Source: Candidatus Berkelbacteria bacterium
GTDB lineage: Bacteria; Patescibacteriota; UBA1384; DTJR01
DNA length: 64,000 nucleotides
Direction: 5' to 3'
Assembly: GCA_029865605.1 (NCBI GenBank)
Contig: JAOUGE010000003.1
Coordinates: 21,797 to 85,796 of the forward strand
Below the pieces are notes generated by a model. It worked only from the letters and a program-made list of their open reading frames with translations. It did no database searches and was not told the origin of the DNA. Positions 61,805 to 64,000 of the stretch are shown here, one piece after another; position 1 is the first letter of the stretch, and each line of letters opens with the position of its first letter. A program made the position numbers and the translations under genes.

Positions 61805-63532
61805 ATGATCGCTCAAATATATTTAAAAAGAAAAACGAAACTCGATAAGCCGTTTGATTACGAGATTCCCCGCGGTATGAAAATCAAGAAATTCTCCCTG
61901 GTTGAAATAGAGTTGGGAACGAAAAAAACGATCGGCCTTGTCTGGGGCTTTAAAGATAGATCCCCCTATAATTTAAAAAAAATATCTAGGGTTTTATCTG
62001 CCGGTCCTGCCCTTACGCCAAATCAGTTAAAACTCGCGCATCTGATTTCCGATGAATACTTATCGACGTTAAGCGAGTCAATATTCTCTTTTCTCCCTAA
62101 ATTAAACATCCGCGACTTAAATAAAATAGGCTCAGAGGCCAAACACGCTAGGCGACAAAAACAAGAGAAAATGCTGCTAATCGCCGAGGCTTCCCAAAGA
62201 CTACTATTTTTTTGCCAGAAAATGCAGTTAGGCCAAAATCTAGCCGTGTTTCCTACAATCCACAGGGTTGAAGAAGCCTCCCGAGCCATAAAAAGATTAA
62301 ACCCTAAGCTTCAAGTTTACACCTGGCACAGCAAGCTTGAAAGCTACCAAAAAGCGAAAATCTGGCAAGATTTAATTTCAGATAAAAATAATATTGCTGT
62401 GATAGGAACAAGGCACTCATTATTACTCCCTTTTGTTTCGCTCAAGTCAGCCTATATTGATGAGCCAACCAGCTTTGCCTACCAAGAGGATCAAGCGCCA
62501 TATTACAACGCCTACAAAGTAGCCAGAACTCTTGCCGGCATATTTGGTGCTGATTTAATTATCGGTGAATCCTCCCCTGACATACTCTCGTTTGTTGCTC
62601 TGTCAAAAGGAGAGCTCAAGATAAAAGAAACCAAACCAGCGCTCGACTTTGAAATCCGTGACGGTTGGGAAAATTTCCTAAAAGATGCCCAAAACATAAA
62701 GAGTCTAAAGCCTAACTCAAAAATCTGCGTCATCGGCCCCTGGAAAAATCAGGCGAGGCTTCAATGTTCCGACTGCAAAAGCGAAATCACCTGCCCTAAC
62801 TGCCAAAACCCATTTTTTGAGGAGAACAGCTTTTCCTGCACTAAGTGCAAAAAAAATTATAAAAAAAGTCTTTGCTCAAAATGCGGGGGAGCAAATATTC
62901 AAAAAACCGGCTTTCTCTATTCTAAAATAATAAACGATCTAAAAGCGGTTTTCCCTCAAGCCTTAATTACGGCTAATCCAAAAGCATTTTCCAAATCTCA
63001 TATTGCCGTCACCTCAATCAATGAGCTGGACCGCCTCGATCCAATTTTCGAAACTGCCTTAATCCCCTACTTTATCGAGATGGCCAATTTCCCCTATCTA
63101 AACTTCAGAGAAAAATTATTCCAGAAAATCTGGGGGTTAAGTTCGGCCGGGGTAAAAAAAATCTACCTTTTCGGTGAAAGTCTAGGACAAGATCGTTTTA
63201 CTAGGCAGTTAACCACTAACAATTGGAAGGCGTTTTTAAAGGAAGAAATTGAAGAAAGAGCAAAGCTTAAGCTCCCCCCTTTTAGTAAGTCGGTCATGCT
63301 GGTAGTCAAGTGCCAAACGCCCGAAATTTGCGAAAAAATCAGCCGTGATGTGTTATCAAAAATTAAAATAACGGCCAACACCTATCCTTACGGTCAAGAC
63401 GCAAGAGCAGGAAAATTTACCCAAAAAACGCTATTGACCTTCCCCCACAAAGAGTGGCAAAAATACAAAGTTCTTTTGAAAAATACAAATCCCGATTTTC
63501 ACTTTGAGGTAGATCCGGTGGAATTTAGCTAG
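61805..63532 (+). CDS. priA: primosomal protein N' (PriA)-like with degenerate Walker A/B motifs
   Basis: 575 aa; PriA N-terminal 3' DNA-binding-like region, AVIGTRHSLLLPF and C-terminal Cys cluster (CSDCKSEITCPNC...CTKCKK...CSKCGG); no GxGKT/S P-loop; DEPTS replaces DEEHD. Confidence 0.7.
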   Translation: MIAQIYLKRKTKLDKPFDYEIPRGMKIKKFSLVEIELGTKKTIGLVWGFKDRSPYNLKKISRVLSAGPALTPNQLKLAHLISDEYLSTLSESIFSFLPKLNIRDLNKIGSEAKHARRQKQEKMLLIAEASQRLLFFCQKMQLGQNLAVFPTIHRVEEASRAIKRLNPKLQVYTWHSKLESYQKAKIWQDLISDKNNIAVIGTRHSLLLPFVSLKSAYIDEPTSFAYQEDQAPYYNAYKVARTLAGIFGADLIIGESSPDILSFVALSKGELKIKETKPALDFEIRDGWENFLKDAQNIKSLKPNSKICVIGPWKNQARLQCSDCKSEITCPNCQNPFFEENSFSCTKCKKNYKKSLCSKCGGANIQKTGFLYSKIINDLKAVFPQALITANPKAFSKSHIAVTSINELDRLDPIFETALIPYFIEMANFPYLNFREKLFQKIWGLSSAGVKKIYLFGESLGQDRFTRQLTTNNWKAFLKEEIEERAKLKLPPFSKSVMLVVKCQTPEICEKISRDVLSKIKITANTYPYGQDARAGKFTQKTLLTFPHKEWQKYKVLLKNTNPDFHFEVDPVEFS

Positions 63533-63538
63533 GTCGGG

Positions 63539-63573
63539 CGGGGCGGACACGCGCTTGCGCGCGTGCCGCCCCG
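63539..63573. terminator. 15-bp GC-rich hairpin between convergent genes (possible bidirectional terminator; no flanking T-run)
   Basis: CGGGGCGGACACGCGC-ttgc-GCGCGTGCCGCCCCG with one bulge. Confidence 0.4.
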
Positions 63574-63589
63574 TGTGCGAGCTGGCCCG

Positions 63590-64000
63590 CTAGGGCCGCT
63601 CGCGGATGACCACCTTCATCGACTCGGTCCACATGAGAGTGGGGTCCTTGATAGACCAGACGAGCGCGACCACATTGGCCGCGCCTCTGCCCTCGATCGT
63701 ATCGCCGACTACCCTGAGAGGCTCACCGGCATCGAGAACAAATCGAAAGCCTTCGGGAGCAGCAGTGAGCTTGGTCCGCTCACCGTCTGCCTCCTTCCGG
63801 TACCAATCCACCCAGACCTTCACAACCTGATCCGGGCGGGTGGCGTCATAGATCCGGAAGCTGCACCCGAAGACAGATGGGTGCAGAACACACGCCCGCG
63901 CCTCCGGAGTGACGGGAGTGCACATCTGCCCCTCGTTGAGGCGGACCTTGTCCCACCTCCCCGTCTTCTCCACTTCGAGGATCTCAGCGCCCGGGGGTTG
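63590..64000 (-). CDS. hypothetical protein, high-GC gene, 5' end beyond the window
   Basis: ORF 63590..63973 (127 aa from first Met); frame stays open to the window edge; ~65% GC; Ala/Arg/Gly/Val-rich; no recognisable motifs. Confidence 0.4.
   Translation of the reverse strand, partial: QPPGAEILEVEKTGRWDKVRLNEGQMCTPVTPEARACVLHPSVFGCSFRIYDATRPDQVVKVWVDWYRKEADGERTKLTAAPEGFRFVLDAGEPLRVVGDTIEGRGAANVVALVWSIKDPTLMWTESMKVVIRERP

Overview
This 64-kb window comes from a low-GC (~40% by eye) bacterium, probably a Candidate Phyla Radiation (CPR/Patescibacteria) lineage. The supporting traits are a missing L30, a short rpoA with no alpha C-terminal domain, Zn-ribbon ribosomal proteins, and a contiguous rpoBC-str-S10-spc-alpha superoperon.

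**Core genes, 1-35 kb (all minus strand unless noted).**
- 5' end: rnc (plus), a PaaX-like regulator, a D-Ala-D-Ala carboxypeptidase, a membrane protein and rbfA.
- Ribosomal superoperon, about 26 kb: rpsI-rplM, rplQ-rpoA-rpsD-rpsK-rpsM-rpmJ-infA-map-secY, the spc and S10 operons, tuf-fusA-rpsG-rpsL, rpoC-rpoB.
- RNase P RNA (rnpB, hand-identified) and uvrA.
- Plus strand: bactofilin, a degenerate DAGK-like protein and infC-rpmI-rplT. Minus strand: lspA and dksA.

**Accessory and mixed region, 35-64 kb.**
- tRNA-Val(CAC) followed by a high-GC SpoVS-like gene; lepB; der.
- A 572-aa Cys-rich protein; an HD hydrolase; tRNA-Gln(UUG); an epimerase.
- An unannotated 54-aa metallothionein-like Cys-rich peptide and a Cas4-like PD-(D/E)XK nuclease.
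- DJ-1/PfpI.
- A high-GC small alarmone hydrolase-like HD gene. It sits behind a strong promoter, a leaderless uORF and an attenuator-like leader.
- A hyper-acidic small protein, envelope proteins, rnhB, and a polysaccharide locus (WbaP-like, GT4, Wzz-like, DUF4012-like, and a frameshifted GT4).
- gyrB-gyrA-infB, a frameshifted LysM-M23 peptidase, obg, a PriA-like protein with degenerate ATPase motifs, and a third high-GC gene at the window edge.

No CRISPR array, integrase, transposase or rRNA was seen. The most interesting signals are three single-gene high-GC islands in the low-GC backbone and a recurring GGGG(G)TTGACA promoter element, with the Cys-rich proteins and the regulated SAH locus next. 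Coordinates of hand-called small features are approximate (a few nt).
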